A DNA stretch of 64,000 nt, taken from the NCBI GenBank assembly GCA_013374855.1, contig CP055308.1, positions 16,358 through 80,357 of the forward strand, read 5' to 3'. The notes beneath the pieces are model-generated. The model ran no database searches and was not told the DNA's origin. It saw nothing but the letters and a program-made list of their open reading frames with translations. How positions within the stretch are numbered: position 1 is the first letter of the stretch; each line of letters starts with the position of its first letter. This stretch comes from Candidatus Woesebacteria bacterium. GTDB taxonomy: Bacteria > Patescibacteriota > Microgenomatia > UBA8517. Below, piece by piece: positions 37,521-47,510 of this stretch. The position numbers and the translations under genes were made by a program.

Positions 37521-40292
37521 CTAGGGGTTTATTTCCCTCCAATTGAAGCTTCTCTGATAGAAGTAATAAGGCATAGAAAGGATAAGATTCGGTTTGTATT
37601 CAAATAATTCAGCAGGTGTGGATTGAGGATTCTTATCTAGAGTTAGAGATCTTTGAAGCTGTACTGTGTTGGCTACAACAGTCCCATTTACAATAAGCTG
37701 ACTGTCTTGTCTTGACCCTTCTGTCCCTGTAGAAAAAGAACCATCGGCAAGGAATATTCCATCAATTCTTGTTACTGAAGGATCAATTTTAATATCACCC
37801 GTTGCCACTATCATCAGAAAACCATTACCATTAGTAGCTAATGTAATGTCTCCTTCCACAGTTACGTCTCCATTAACAAAAAGTACAAGTTTTTGATTAA
37901 AGCCTGAAGAGGCACTAATCTTAAGATCTCCATTCACTTTAGTCCAATAGTAGTTGTCTTTTAGTATGCTGTTATTCCCTGTTGTAAAATTAGAAAGAGA
38001 TAATGGACTAACAGGACTATTAATAACACCTTGGGAGTTCCCCCACCCATTCCTAACTTCAGAAGGAACTTTGCCTTCAAAGTAGGAATAGTTATACAAG
38101 TTGTAGACAGAGGCAATATTTGTCTTTACTGCCCCCCATCCACTTTCTGAAACAGACCCCTCACCTATCCTAATGTTTCCATTATAGAAGGCAATACCAG
38201 AAGTATTACTACCTTTAGTCAGAAGATAACTACCTTCAGGAATATATGAGGCTATATCATTTAATGCAATAACATCAGCATCTTTAGCCTGCCAGAACTT
38301 ACCAGGCCTTACAATTACAGAAACAGAACAAGGAACATCGGCACTACCACATGCTTTACCAGAGCCATCAGCAGCAGGAGAACTAATAGTCAGAGTTGCA
38401 GTTTTCAAAACATCAACTTCTCCTGCTTCCAAATTAGCTCTTACTTCCCCATTGTCTCCCACACTTGATGAAATAACTCTAATTATGCTATTATCAGACG
38501 ATGTGACAGTGACAGAAGAATTGTTATTGTCTGACAGGGTAGCCAATAAGACATTATCCCTTCGTTCACCAGAAACAAAGGGAACAACACTTTGTAGAGT
38601 GCACTTGCAAGGAACCTCAATCGACCCGGGGCCACATGAGAAAAATCTCGCTAACCCGTTTCCGTGCACATACTCATTAACAGGACCATAAATCCCAGTT
38701 GCAGGATTATAACTTCTCCAAAGTAATCTCTGTCCCTTAGTCACAAAATCCAAAACCGGTTCATCCTCTGCCCTGAAAATTCTGTCAAAATCAATGGAAA
38801 ACTGAACAGGATAAATTCCTCCCTCATAATATCTTGGTCCTGTCCATATCTCATCAACCTTGGCAGAAGTAGAAGTTCCTCTTGGTATTCCTTCTACATC
38901 AATTTCAGCAATTATAACTGTCTTCTCACCTTTATCCCACCTTGGCTCCATCGTAATTGTGAAATTCCTGCAAACAGAGCCGTCCAACATTACCACCAAT
39001 TCTGTTTTTTGCTGCTCTGTAGACTGCCTGCTCAAACTCCCTAACAATTTCCCAACACTCCCCGGATCGTTACAAAAAACTTGAATCTTTTCAGGAGGAA
39101 AATGAAAAAGACCGCCAACTTTACCCGCAAAAAAGTAAAAGCGCAAAGTCTGCAAATAATAATAACCACCCATGTTAATATTAATTTTTGCCACTACATT
39201 TTGAAAAAAAGTCCATGCAGGATCAGAAAAATAACCACTGCCGTGATTGTCATCAGTCATCTCGCCACCACTATCAGTATTATTAAGTGGCTGGTTATCA
39301 ACCCAAGAGTAAGTGTAGTCTAAGTCTTGCTGAGCTTGATTTTTTATGTTTTCTGCAACATACGGCTTAGTAAACTCCCGCCATGTGTAAAGAGAAAACA
39401 ACTCTTCCAAACTTTTACTTGGATTGTAAATAGAAGAATCATAAACATTAGAGCGTATTGGGTCAGAAACACTGCTTCCACTTCCTCTTGCTCCAATCCA
39501 GCCATAAACTGACCCACCACATTTCAAACAAAGTTCCTCTAAATAAGAAGGAAGTATCCCAGCATCTCGCTCTCCTGGGAAGCAGGCAGATTGAACACTG
39601 GTATATACACAAGGGAACTGGCTTTGATTTGGAGTAACATTAGGGTCCCCACCTATAGGCGGAGGAAAAGATGGAAAAAGAGTTGAAACAGGGGAAGACT
39701 GATTAATGCTAATTGCAAAATCCCACCATCCCCGTGGTATGTACATATAGGAATAAGTTCTGTGGTAATCATTACAACACCTACCTGGAAAACCAATAGA
39801 GCCATACAGATACTGATCAGGAAAATCTAAAAATTTGTTAGAAAAACCAATAAGACCTATATTCAAAAGACTTGTCGAAGCCCAAGCGGTAATAGCACCA
39901 ACAGATTGGCCTAATAAGTTTGTTTCAGGAGAAAAAATAGGACGATTGCTACCTACATAAGAAGATGTAATCTTCGTAAAAACACCTCCACCTAATTTTA
40001 AATAATCTGGCACATAACCACTAACCTCACTACTAGTAATCATATCCCTAACCTCTTGGCATGTCTTATTGGGTAAGCCACAAGGAGGAGGGCTTGGCGG
40101 CAATTCCAATGTTCCATAACAAGGAAGTGACGTACCTGTATAGCTAGTACAGCCCTGAAAAACACCTCCATCAGGCAGGCTATACCACCAATAATAAGCC
40201 GCTTTTGCAAATCTCACAAAGAAGAATGCAAAAAAAACAAAGACCAAAAAAGCAACTAGACTATTTCTAAAAAGACCCCTTTTCATAGACAA
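37521..40292 (-). CDS. Large Cys-rich secreted/surface protein, paralogue 1
   Basis: Signal/TM N-terminus, Cys-rich region, Ig-like segment, C-terminal beta-helix-like domain (LFVNGDV, ATGDI.ID, IDGIF, WREINP). Confidence 0.8.
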   Translation of the reverse strand: MSMKRGLFRNSLVAFLVFVFFAFFFVRFAKAAYYWWYSLPDGGVFQGCTSYTGTSLPCYGTLELPPSPPPCGLPNKTCQEVRDMITSSEVSGYVPDYLKLGGGVFTKITSSYVGSNRPIFSPETNLLGQSVGAITAWASTSLLNIGLIGFSNKFLDFPDQYLYGSIGFPGRCCNDYHRTYSYMYIPRGWWDFAISINQSSPVSTLFPSFPPPIGGDPNVTPNQSQFPCVYTSVQSACFPGERDAGILPSYLEELCLKCGGSVYGWIGARGSGSSVSDPIRSNVYDSSIYNPSKSLEELFSLYTWREFTKPYVAENIKNQAQQDLDYTYSWVDNQPLNNTDSGGEMTDDNHGSGYFSDPAWTFFQNVVAKININMGGYYYLQTLRFYFFAGKVGGLFHFPPEKIQVFCNDPGSVGKLLGSLSRQSTEQQKTELVVMLDGSVCRNFTITMEPRWDKGEKTVIIAEIDVEGIPRGTSTSAKVDEIWTGPRYYEGGIYPVQFSIDFDRIFRAEDEPVLDFVTKGQRLLWRSYNPATGIYGPVNEYVHGNGLARFFSCGPGSIEVPCKCTLQSVVPFVSGERRDNVLLATLSDNNNSSVTVTSSDNSIIRVISSSVGDNGEVRANLEAGEVDVLKTATLTISSPAADGSGKACGSADVPCSVSVIVRPGKFWQAKDADVIALNDIASYIPEGSYLLTKGSNTSGIAFYNGNIRIGEGSVSESGWGAVKTNIASVYNLYNYSYFEGKVPSEVRNGWGNSQGVINSPVSPLSLSNFTTGNNSILKDNYYWTKVNGDLKISASSGFNQKLVLFVNGDVTVEGDITLATNGNGFLMIVATGDIKIDPSVTRIDGIFLADGSFSTGTEGSRQDSQLIVNGTVVANTVQLQRSLTLDKNPQSTPAELFEYKPNLILSMPYYFYQRSFNWREINP
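37923..38339. repeat. 417-bp identical intragenic repeat, copy A
   Basis: Same sequence as 41589-42005 on side-by-side reading. Confidence 0.9.
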
Positions 40293-40298
40293 AATAAA

Positions 40299-40997
40299 CT
40301 AAAACCTAAAATTAGAAAAAAGAACAACTGACGACAAATTATATCCTCCATACCCACTATCACATAAAGCATTGGTTTTATTTTCATCTGATTCAAAGGA
40401 AACAAAAACTAAACTATTAGGTTTAAGTTTGCAAGGGTTATAGTTATCTTCTGAATAAAGAGGCTTATTATCGCTTTCTCTTATATATTTACCCAGATCA
40501 AAACCAAAAAACGGCTCACCGCCATACGAATAAAAACCAGATCTACCAAAAACAAAATCAAACCTAATTTTGCATCTTTCATTAAATTTAACAACAACTG
40601 GGCAATAATTTACAGCAGAAGAAGATAACAAATTCATATAATCAGACATAACTTTCTCATCTACCACAATGGTACCATATCCGCCGTAAATATATTCCTC
40701 TCCAAATTCATCTACCTTTTTATCTAAAAGAAACAGCCCCCTAGGATAGGGAGAGTATAAAACAGAAGCTTCTTCAGGAAGAACAACTTTTAATGAAGGA
40801 AGGAAAATTCTGTTATAGAAAGAAGAAAATGGTCCGGCGGTTAATTTGGAAACAAAAGTTAAACTATTGGCATTTAAATTAAGATTCCGAACACTCCAAG
40901 AAAACATAAAGCATAAAGTATAAAGAATTACGAATAGGAAGACGAAGAGAAAAATAAAATATCTTACTTTTAGCTTAAAAGGCAGTTTTAATTTCAT
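40299..40997 (-). CDS. Membrane-anchored hypothetical protein
   Basis: N-terminal TM, aromatic-rich; ends 6 nt before paralogue 1. Confidence 0.7.
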   Translation of the reverse strand: MKLKLPFKLKVRYFIFLFVFLFVILYTLCFMFSWSVRNLNLNANSLTFVSKLTAGPFSSFYNRIFLPSLKVVLPEEASVLYSPYPRGLFLLDKKVDEFGEEYIYGGYGTIVVDEKVMSDYMNLLSSSAVNYCPVVVKFNERCKIRFDFVFGRSGFYSYGGEPFFGFDLGKYIRESDNKPLYSEDNYNPCKLKPNSLVFVSFESDENKTNALCDSGYGGYNLSSVVLFSNFRF

Positions 40998-41180
40998 TAT
41001 TCAATTTGTCTAATTAAAAGATATAGCAATAAAACATCGTTGTCAACACAAATTGTAAAGCAGGAAAAAAGATAGTAAATACAATTAAAATTATAAAATT
41101 AAAGCAAGTACACTATTTACAAGAATTTATAATCCAATTACAAAGATCTCCTCCCCCTTTGTGAAAGACTATTGTATTTA

Positions 41181-44100
41181 TTACGGATTTACCTCCCTCC
41201 AGTTTAAGTTTCTTTGATGGAAGTAGTAAGGAATAGAAAAGAGAAGGTTGGGTTTGTACTCAAATAGTTCAGCAGGTGTGGTTTGAGCTTGGCTTACAGG
41301 AAGGGATCTCCTAAGGATAACATTACTGGCAATAACTGTACCATTTACCTTAAGTTGGCTGTCTTGCCTTGATCCTCTTGTTCCTGTAGAAAAAGAACTA
41401 TCAGAAACAAATATTCCATCAATTCTTGTTACTGCAGGGTCAATTTCAATATCACCTGTTGCTATAACCATAAGGAAACCATTATTACCAACATCAGCAT
41501 TTCTTAATGTAATATCCCCTTTTATAGTCACTTTTCCATTAACAAAAAGCATAAGTTTTTTATCAAAGTTTGATGAAGAAGAAATTTGAAGATCTCCATT
41601 CACTTTAGTCCAATAGTAGTTGTCTTTTAGTATGCTGTTATTCCCTGTTGTAAAATTAGAAAGAGATAATGGACTAACAGGACTATTAATAACACCTTGG
41701 GAGTTCCCCCACCCATTCCTAACTTCAGAAGGAACTTTGCCTTCAAAGTAGGAATAGTTATACAAGTTGTAGACAGAGGCAATATTTGTCTTTACTGCCC
41801 CCCATCCACTTTCTGAAACAGACCCCTCACCTATCCTAATGTTTCCATTATAGAAGGCAATACCAGAAGTATTACTACCTTTAGTCAGAAGATAACTACC
41901 TTCAGGAATATATGAGGCTATATCATTTAATGCAATAACATCAGCATCTTTAGCCTGCCAGAACTTACCAGGCCTTACAATTACAGAAACAGAACAAGGA
42001 ACATCTGTGGTGCCACAGGCTAATTCCGACTCGTCAGAAGAGTTTGCGCTAATATTTAGTGTAACAGTCTTTACTTCATCCACTTGCCCTGCAGTTGCGT
42101 TAACCTTCACATTACCTGCATCATCAACACTAGTACTGTTTATTGACAAAACAGATGTATCAGAAGAAGAAACAGATACAGAAGAACGATCATAATTCCC
42201 AAGAGTCACCAAAGTCACGTCCTTCGTTTCTCCAGATACAAAAGGAGGAATAGATGGCTTGATAGTGCATTGGCAAGGCGTACTAGCCGGCTGACAGGGA
42301 CTAAGTCTTGCGCCTAAAGGATTTTGATTACCATCAGCAATGTTAGGATCCTCTTCATAAGGGTAAGCTTGACCACAAGAACTAGGGTCGCTACTAGTAC
42401 ACCTTCTCCACAAAAACTGAGGACCATAAATGCGACTACCATCTAAATTTGCAATTGACATTTGAGTCAAGTACCAGCCAGATTTGAAATACTTAGGACC
42501 AAAAAACACTGTATCAACAGGATTACTCCTATCAACGGCATAACTATCAAAACTAAAGCTATAAGCTCTACTCCAATCTTGCCTTCTAACATTTTCTTCA
42601 AGAACATTGTCCACCCTAACCGCATCCTCTGAAACAATAGGATTATTCTGACCCCAAACCTTAAGTTCTTGAAGATAGGTTGGTGTGTCCACTGTGTCCC
42701 CCGGCTCCGCAATCCCAATATAATACTTAACTCTCAAACTGCTACAATTTCTCCTCAAAGGTACTGATAATCTGTCTTCTGTATAAGATGTCGTATTGTT
42801 CGATGCTTTGAAGAGGACACGAGGATAAACAACTCCAGACCTTTCACCATCACAAAATACCCAAATCTCCTTGGGAACATTTATTACCTGACCGTACTGA
42901 TTCCTGTAAAGAAAATCAAAAGTAAGATAATCCACAAACTTTTCGCTACCAAGATCAATTTCCAAATCAGCATCCGCAACAGCCGTACCTAAATTACTAT
43001 CCTCATTATTATCAGGAAAATGCCTAACAAAGTAAAAATCACCATTTGGATAGGTAACACCAAATGGTGTGCCACTTCTTGTAACTTTATCGTCTCTTAA
43101 CTTAACATTACTTTCACTTTCTATATTATCATCTGTTTTATAACAATCAGCACAATCAGTTGTTGGGCTCACTAACCAACTATAAGTATAATCCAGCTTT
43201 ACAGAAGGAGGTATCTCGGGAGCTTCTATACTTTCATCAGGAGGAATATAAGGAGATGGTAAAAACGGATCAGCTTGTGTTCCTGAACCACCACCATTTG
43301 ATATCCAAGTGTAAATTTTGCCTCCACAATTTGGCTTACAACCAAAACTAGGTGGAGGTGTTAAAGTCTTGTACTCAGTACCATAACATATATATTCTTT
43401 TTCGTCACCACTACCTACTCTCCTAAAATCACAATCACTATAACTATTATAAGAACATGTCAAGTCTACACTATCACCAGAACACTTATATGAACCACGA
43501 CAATGACCACTACTCACCCGCGCAAAAGAATCATTTCGGTTGTTGCCATTACAACTTGAATAAGGCACACCAGGACTACTAAAAGGACAATAATAACAAG
43601 CGCCAGGTTCCAAACCTGTAAGATTAGACCTGTAACCAAAAGAATACCAACCATCACTAGGTATATAAATGTAGCCATACTCCCTTAATTGTTGCGTACA
43701 TTTGTTATTAAAAACAGAAAACATTTTTGAAGTTCCAGATAAGAATGCATCGACAAAGCCAACAGTATTTAATGAAATAGGTTCTTCCACCGCTCGACTT
43801 TTTTCAACTGAATCATCATCTAGCCTCGTTTCAGGTAAATAATAATCAACTGTAGAAGCAGTGCGTGCAATTGACTTATAGAAAACCTTGCTACTTTGAA
43901 AGGCCTTTTTTAAATCATCCTCGCTGCTACTTCCCTGAAGGCTATCTAATAAACTTTGTAAAGAGCTTTGGCAAGTTGTATTGTAATAGCTACACTGTGG
44001 CGGACTAAAATTACCAGGTTTATCCCCTATTTTTTTTACTACCTTATTTCTACGTGGTGCTTCACCACAATCCCCCCTACAATAACCAGCAAGTATTGGT

Positions 44101-44309
44101 CTGCTACCACAGTTAGTACACCAATTAAAATCATATGTACAACTAGATCTGTAACAATCTTGATCAAGAACTATCTCCCATTGCGCACTCGCATAAAAAT
44201 TTTTAAGAAAAAAAGACAAAGAATAAAAAATAAACAGAAAATAGACTAAAAATACCACTCCCTTAGCTAATTTATCCAATAAATAAGCAAAACTTATCTT
44301 GTTCTTCAT
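41181..44309 (-). CDS. Large Cys-rich secreted/surface protein, paralogue 2
   Basis: Same architecture as 37521-40292; shares LDYTYSW, GP.Y...G.Y, LWR and the C-terminal domain (WREVNP). Confidence 0.8.
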   Translation of the reverse strand: MKNKISFAYLLDKLAKGVVFLVYFLFIFYSLSFFLKNFYASAQWEIVLDQDCYRSSCTYDFNWCTNCGSRPILAGYCRGDCGEAPRRNKVVKKIGDKPGNFSPPQCSYYNTTCQSSLQSLLDSLQGSSSEDDLKKAFQSSKVFYKSIARTASTVDYYLPETRLDDDSVEKSRAVEEPISLNTVGFVDAFLSGTSKMFSVFNNKCTQQLREYGYIYIPSDGWYSFGYRSNLTGLEPGACYYCPFSSPGVPYSSCNGNNRNDSFARVSSGHCRGSYKCSGDSVDLTCSYNSYSDCDFRRVGSGDEKEYICYGTEYKTLTPPPSFGCKPNCGGKIYTWISNGGGSGTQADPFLPSPYIPPDESIEAPEIPPSVKLDYTYSWLVSPTTDCADCYKTDDNIESESNVKLRDDKVTRSGTPFGVTYPNGDFYFVRHFPDNNEDSNLGTAVADADLEIDLGSEKFVDYLTFDFLYRNQYGQVINVPKEIWVFCDGERSGVVYPRVLFKASNNTTSYTEDRLSVPLRRNCSSLRVKYYIGIAEPGDTVDTPTYLQELKVWGQNNPIVSEDAVRVDNVLEENVRRQDWSRAYSFSFDSYAVDRSNPVDTVFFGPKYFKSGWYLTQMSIANLDGSRIYGPQFLWRRCTSSDPSSCGQAYPYEEDPNIADGNQNPLGARLSPCQPASTPCQCTIKPSIPPFVSGETKDVTLVTLGNYDRSSVSVSSSDTSVLSINSTSVDDAGNVKVNATAGQVDEVKTVTLNISANSSDESELACGTTDVPCSVSVIVRPGKFWQAKDADVIALNDIASYIPEGSYLLTKGSNTSGIAFYNGNIRIGEGSVSESGWGAVKTNIASVYNLYNYSYFEGKVPSEVRNGWGNSQGVINSPVSPLSLSNFTTGNNSILKDNYYWTKVNGDLQISSSSNFDKKLMLFVNGKVTIKGDITLRNADVGNNGFLMVIATGDIEIDPAVTRIDGIFVSDSSFSTGTRGSRQDSQLKVNGTVIASNVILRRSLPVSQAQTTPAELFEYKPNLLFSIPYYFHQRNLNWREVNP
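41589..42005. repeat. 417-bp identical intragenic repeat, copy B
   Basis: Same sequence as 37923-38339. Confidence 0.9.
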
Positions 44310-44369
44310 TTTCTAAATTCAAATAAACCCACGCTTATGAAAGTCTATTTTTCTCATAAATTACACATA

Positions 44370-45038
44370 CTAATGGTAAAGAATAGAATCAATCAAGTCA
44401 ATCCTTAAAACTCTACCACTATCATCTAAGAAATACCTAATAAAATCACCTTCTGAAATATCAGAAAAATTAAATTCAAATGAAACAAAAAGAGGCTTTC
44501 CTTTAGCAAAATGCCTTCCCACCTCTAAAAACTGGTCTTCTTTAAAAATCCTACTAGGCAACAAAAAAATATTCCCTTTTGGGTAATAGAAGCCAAAAGT
44601 TATATTATCCAAATTTGTATTTTCAAGAACAAAATTATTTTCCCTATTCAATAACCTCCCTCTTACCCCCAAGGTCATTTTAATAATTGGGTCATAAGCA
44701 CCACTTCTTATATCAGTTACGCCATCAGGAATAGTTTCTTCAAACTTCAAGTAATTTATATAACCATAACCCACACTAACTGTAGATGACAAAGAATTAT
44801 CATAATAACTATACTCATAAGCAGAAAGAGGAAAGCGATAGGTTGGAACAAATACAAGATGTCTAGCCAATTCAAGATAAAAATTGTCTAACCCCAACCT
44901 CCACTTCCCAGGGATAGGCAAAAAGGCTGTTAATTCGAAAATAAACAAAAATAAAGCAAAAAATACAACTAAAAGTAAAAGATTCCTAAAAAAATAATTA
45001 AAACTTAACTTTTGCTTCCAATCTACATTCACTAACAT
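44370..45038 (-). CDS. Membrane-anchored hypothetical protein
   Basis: N-terminal TM; LFVSFE motif near the C-terminus shared with 40299 ORF (VFVSFE). Confidence 0.7.
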   Translation of the reverse strand: MLVNVDWKQKLSFNYFFRNLLLLVVFFALFLFIFELTAFLPIPGKWRLGLDNFYLELARHLVFVPTYRFPLSAYEYSYYDNSLSSTVSVGYGYINYLKFEETIPDGVTDIRSGAYDPIIKMTLGVRGRLLNRENNFVLENTNLDNITFGFYYPKGNIFLLPSRIFKEDQFLEVGRHFAKGKPLFVSFEFNFSDISEGDFIRYFLDDSGRVLRIDLIDSILYH

Positions 45039-45044
45039 AATGCA

Positions 45045-45908
45045 CTAATAGCTAGCCGATAAAACAATATCATATTGAAAATCCGGATTATTAATTACTT
45101 CATTGATATCAAAACTACTCAAAAACTTAACAAATACTAGTTTGTCCCTATAATAATTTTCCAAAGAAGATACAGACACGGGCACACTTAGATTACAATT
45201 AGGATTCATAAAGCTATCAAGACCATCTAAGTTTACACAGGAATAATCATAAATAATAATATTCCTAAGTGATCTACAATAATTATAACCTACCTTTCCA
45301 TTCAAGATGTATGAATATGAAATTCCTGGAATTTCATTATATAACTCCGGTAATCCTAAATCACCACTATTATTAAGACTAGGCAAGATGGAAGAAGAAC
45401 TAATGTCATACCTAAAAGAATAAGTCTTACCATCTTTAGAAAGTAATTCCATAACAACATACTGCTTGTCAAAACCATCTTCCTTCACATTGAATTCTCT
45501 TCCACCCTTATACTTACCAATAAAGCCATAAGTAAAATTTCCTGCATAGTTTTTACCCCTTATTAAATAAGGGTGAGATGGATAAGGGCAAAAGAAATCT
45601 CTACTTAAATCGAATTTGTTCGATGATACAAAACCAGTTAAAAAAGTATAGGCAAAACTCATATATTTGTTTTGAATTAAATAACTAAAAAAGCCTATCT
45701 TCTTAATATCTTTTAGCATATAGGTCCTTGATATTAATAACCAGCTAATAAAACACAAAATAACAGAAAATAAAGCATAAATAAAAAAAATTAGAATAGC
45801 CCTAAACAAAAAGAAGCTTACCCAATAAATAAACTTATTATTATCGAAAGACAAGGATTTAAATTCAAAAGAAAAAGCATTCCCACTTTTCGCTTCGCTT
45901 TTAGGCAT
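45045..45908 (-). CDS. Membrane-anchored hypothetical protein
   Basis: N-terminal TM; PYP, NP.C.L and LVFVKF motifs resemble 40299 ORF. Confidence 0.7.
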   Translation of the reverse strand: MPKSEAKSGNAFSFEFKSLSFDNNKFIYWVSFFLFRAILIFFIYALFSVILCFISWLLISRTYMLKDIKKIGFFSYLIQNKYMSFAYTFLTGFVSSNKFDLSRDFFCPYPSHPYLIRGKNYAGNFTYGFIGKYKGGREFNVKEDGFDKQYVVMELLSKDGKTYSFRYDISSSSILPSLNNSGDLGLPELYNEIPGISYSYILNGKVGYNYCRSLRNIIIYDYSCVNLDGLDSFMNPNCNLSVPVSVSSLENYYRDKLVFVKFLSSFDINEVINNPDFQYDIVLSASY

Positions 45909-46068
45909 TAATTCAATTTAGACAAACTAAAAACATTTGTCAAGAACCAAGAAATATTCTTTATTAGACTTCCAATCTCCTAAAAAATTCACCTGGTCAA
46001 AAAAATTTATTTCCCAACACAAAAATCAAATTTTTAGATAGAAAGAGTATTTATCCTCCCACGCAATA

Positions 46069-47358
46069 TTATGCCACTCTCTCTTTCAAAGCCTTGTAGT
46101 ACTTATGAAGGTAATCATATGCTAATTCCCAATGATGCTCTCCCATTCCTGCTAAAGCCTTGTTTCTTTCCATCTCAGCCATCACACGAAGATGAGCCGC
46201 TTTTTGAAACTGGAAAGAAGAGATACGATACTCTTCTGCCAACAAATTTTTAACCGTATCTTCCACCTCAACAGCCTTCACCGGGTCGGGGGTGCCATTT
46301 ATCTTTTGCCATTTATTAACCTGAAGCGAAGCGACAATATTGGGCTCAAAAGCAAGCTTTAAGTTAGAAGCCAAAAGGCAATAAAATTTTTCAAGCGAAA
46401 CTCTCGCCTCTTCCCACTTATGTTTATCGCCACTTACTAAGGCTTCTATAAAATGCCTCCCTGCCTGAACAGCAAGACTTTTTGATATACCATACTGCTC
46501 TTTAAGATAACTGATAACAAAATCGCGAAACCTTACTCCTTGTGGCACTTTGGAAAGCCTCCACCAAGAAAGCTCAAGTTTGGCAACCAACTCTGGTTTA
46601 AAGGTAAAATGCCTTTCAGCGTCATTTCCACCAAACCTCCTTCTGCGGCGAGAATAGTCAAGAATTGCTTCTTTTAGCTTTTCGGGGGTAAAGTCAGGAA
46701 GATGATCTTCTTCAAAATAATATTCCGCATAAACCATCTGCCAAGGGAGATATCCTGAAGTTCTCTGTTCTCCCGATGTTCTGATAAAAAGGTCCGGGTA
46801 GGGATAAGGCTGTCCCTTTGTATCCAAGTAAGATGCAAACAAGTTTTCATCTATTTTTTCAGGAGAAACTCCGTCTTTTACTATTGACTTCACTGCCCTT
46901 AATATCTCATCTCTGCCACCATAATCAAGAGCCAAATTAAGAATATTTTTATCAAAATGAGCAGTTTCTTTTTCTACTCTAGCCAACAATTCAGCAACAT
47001 CTTTTGGAAATCTGTCCTTGCGACCAAGATGAACAAGGCGAACTTTATCCCTTTTAGCTTCTTTCAAAAACTCAACTAATCCCTTTCGCAAAAGATCCAA
47101 AATAGCATCTATTTCCTCCTTCGGACGAGACCAATTTTCAGTTGAAAAAGCCCAAATGGTAAATGTGTGAACTCCCATTTGTCGTGCGGCTTTGGCAACT
47201 TTCTTAATTGCCTCATACCCTGCCCTGTGGCCTTCCCAAGGGAGAAGTCCGCGGCTTCGCGCCCAGCGGCGGTTGCCGTCTAATATCATTGCAATATGAT
47301 CCGGAACTTTTGTCCCTTTGGGAAGTTCTAAATTTTTATCGCTTTTCATTAAATTCAT
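46069..47358 (-). CDS. uppS: cis-prenyltransferase (UppS) fused to ~185-aa helical domain, copy 1
   Basis: HIAMILDGNRRWA, WAFSTENWSR, YGGRDEI, PDLFIRTSGEQRTS, RRRFGG plus C-terminal extension. Confidence 0.92.
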   Translation of the reverse strand: MNLMKSDKNLELPKGTKVPDHIAMILDGNRRWARSRGLLPWEGHRAGYEAIKKVAKAARQMGVHTFTIWAFSTENWSRPKEEIDAILDLLRKGLVEFLKEAKRDKVRLVHLGRKDRFPKDVAELLARVEKETAHFDKNILNLALDYGGRDEILRAVKSIVKDGVSPEKIDENLFASYLDTKGQPYPYPDLFIRTSGEQRTSGYLPWQMVYAEYYFEEDHLPDFTPEKLKEAILDYSRRRRRFGGNDAERHFTFKPELVAKLELSWWRLSKVPQGVRFRDFVISYLKEQYGISKSLAVQAGRHFIEALVSGDKHKWEEARVSLEKFYCLLASNLKLAFEPNIVASLQVNKWQKINGTPDPVKAVEVEDTVKNLLAEEYRISSFQFQKAAHLRVMAEMERNKALAGMGEHHWELAYDYLHKYYKALKERVA

Positions 47359-47510
47359 AAAAGGCTATCCCAAAATTATATCAGACCAAAACAAAAATAA
47401 AAATAGAATATACCCTTTAAAGGCCTGGCCTTTAAAGGTTTAGTCCAATGTCAAGCTATCTGGCACTAGCAAAACAACAACTTTAAACAACAAAATATTT
47501 TTTCCCTGAA

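Noticed and set aside
37923-42005. Diversity-generating retroelement TR/VR pair
   Set aside because: Copies are identical with no adenine-specific mismatches, both are inside genes, and no reverse transcriptase is in the window
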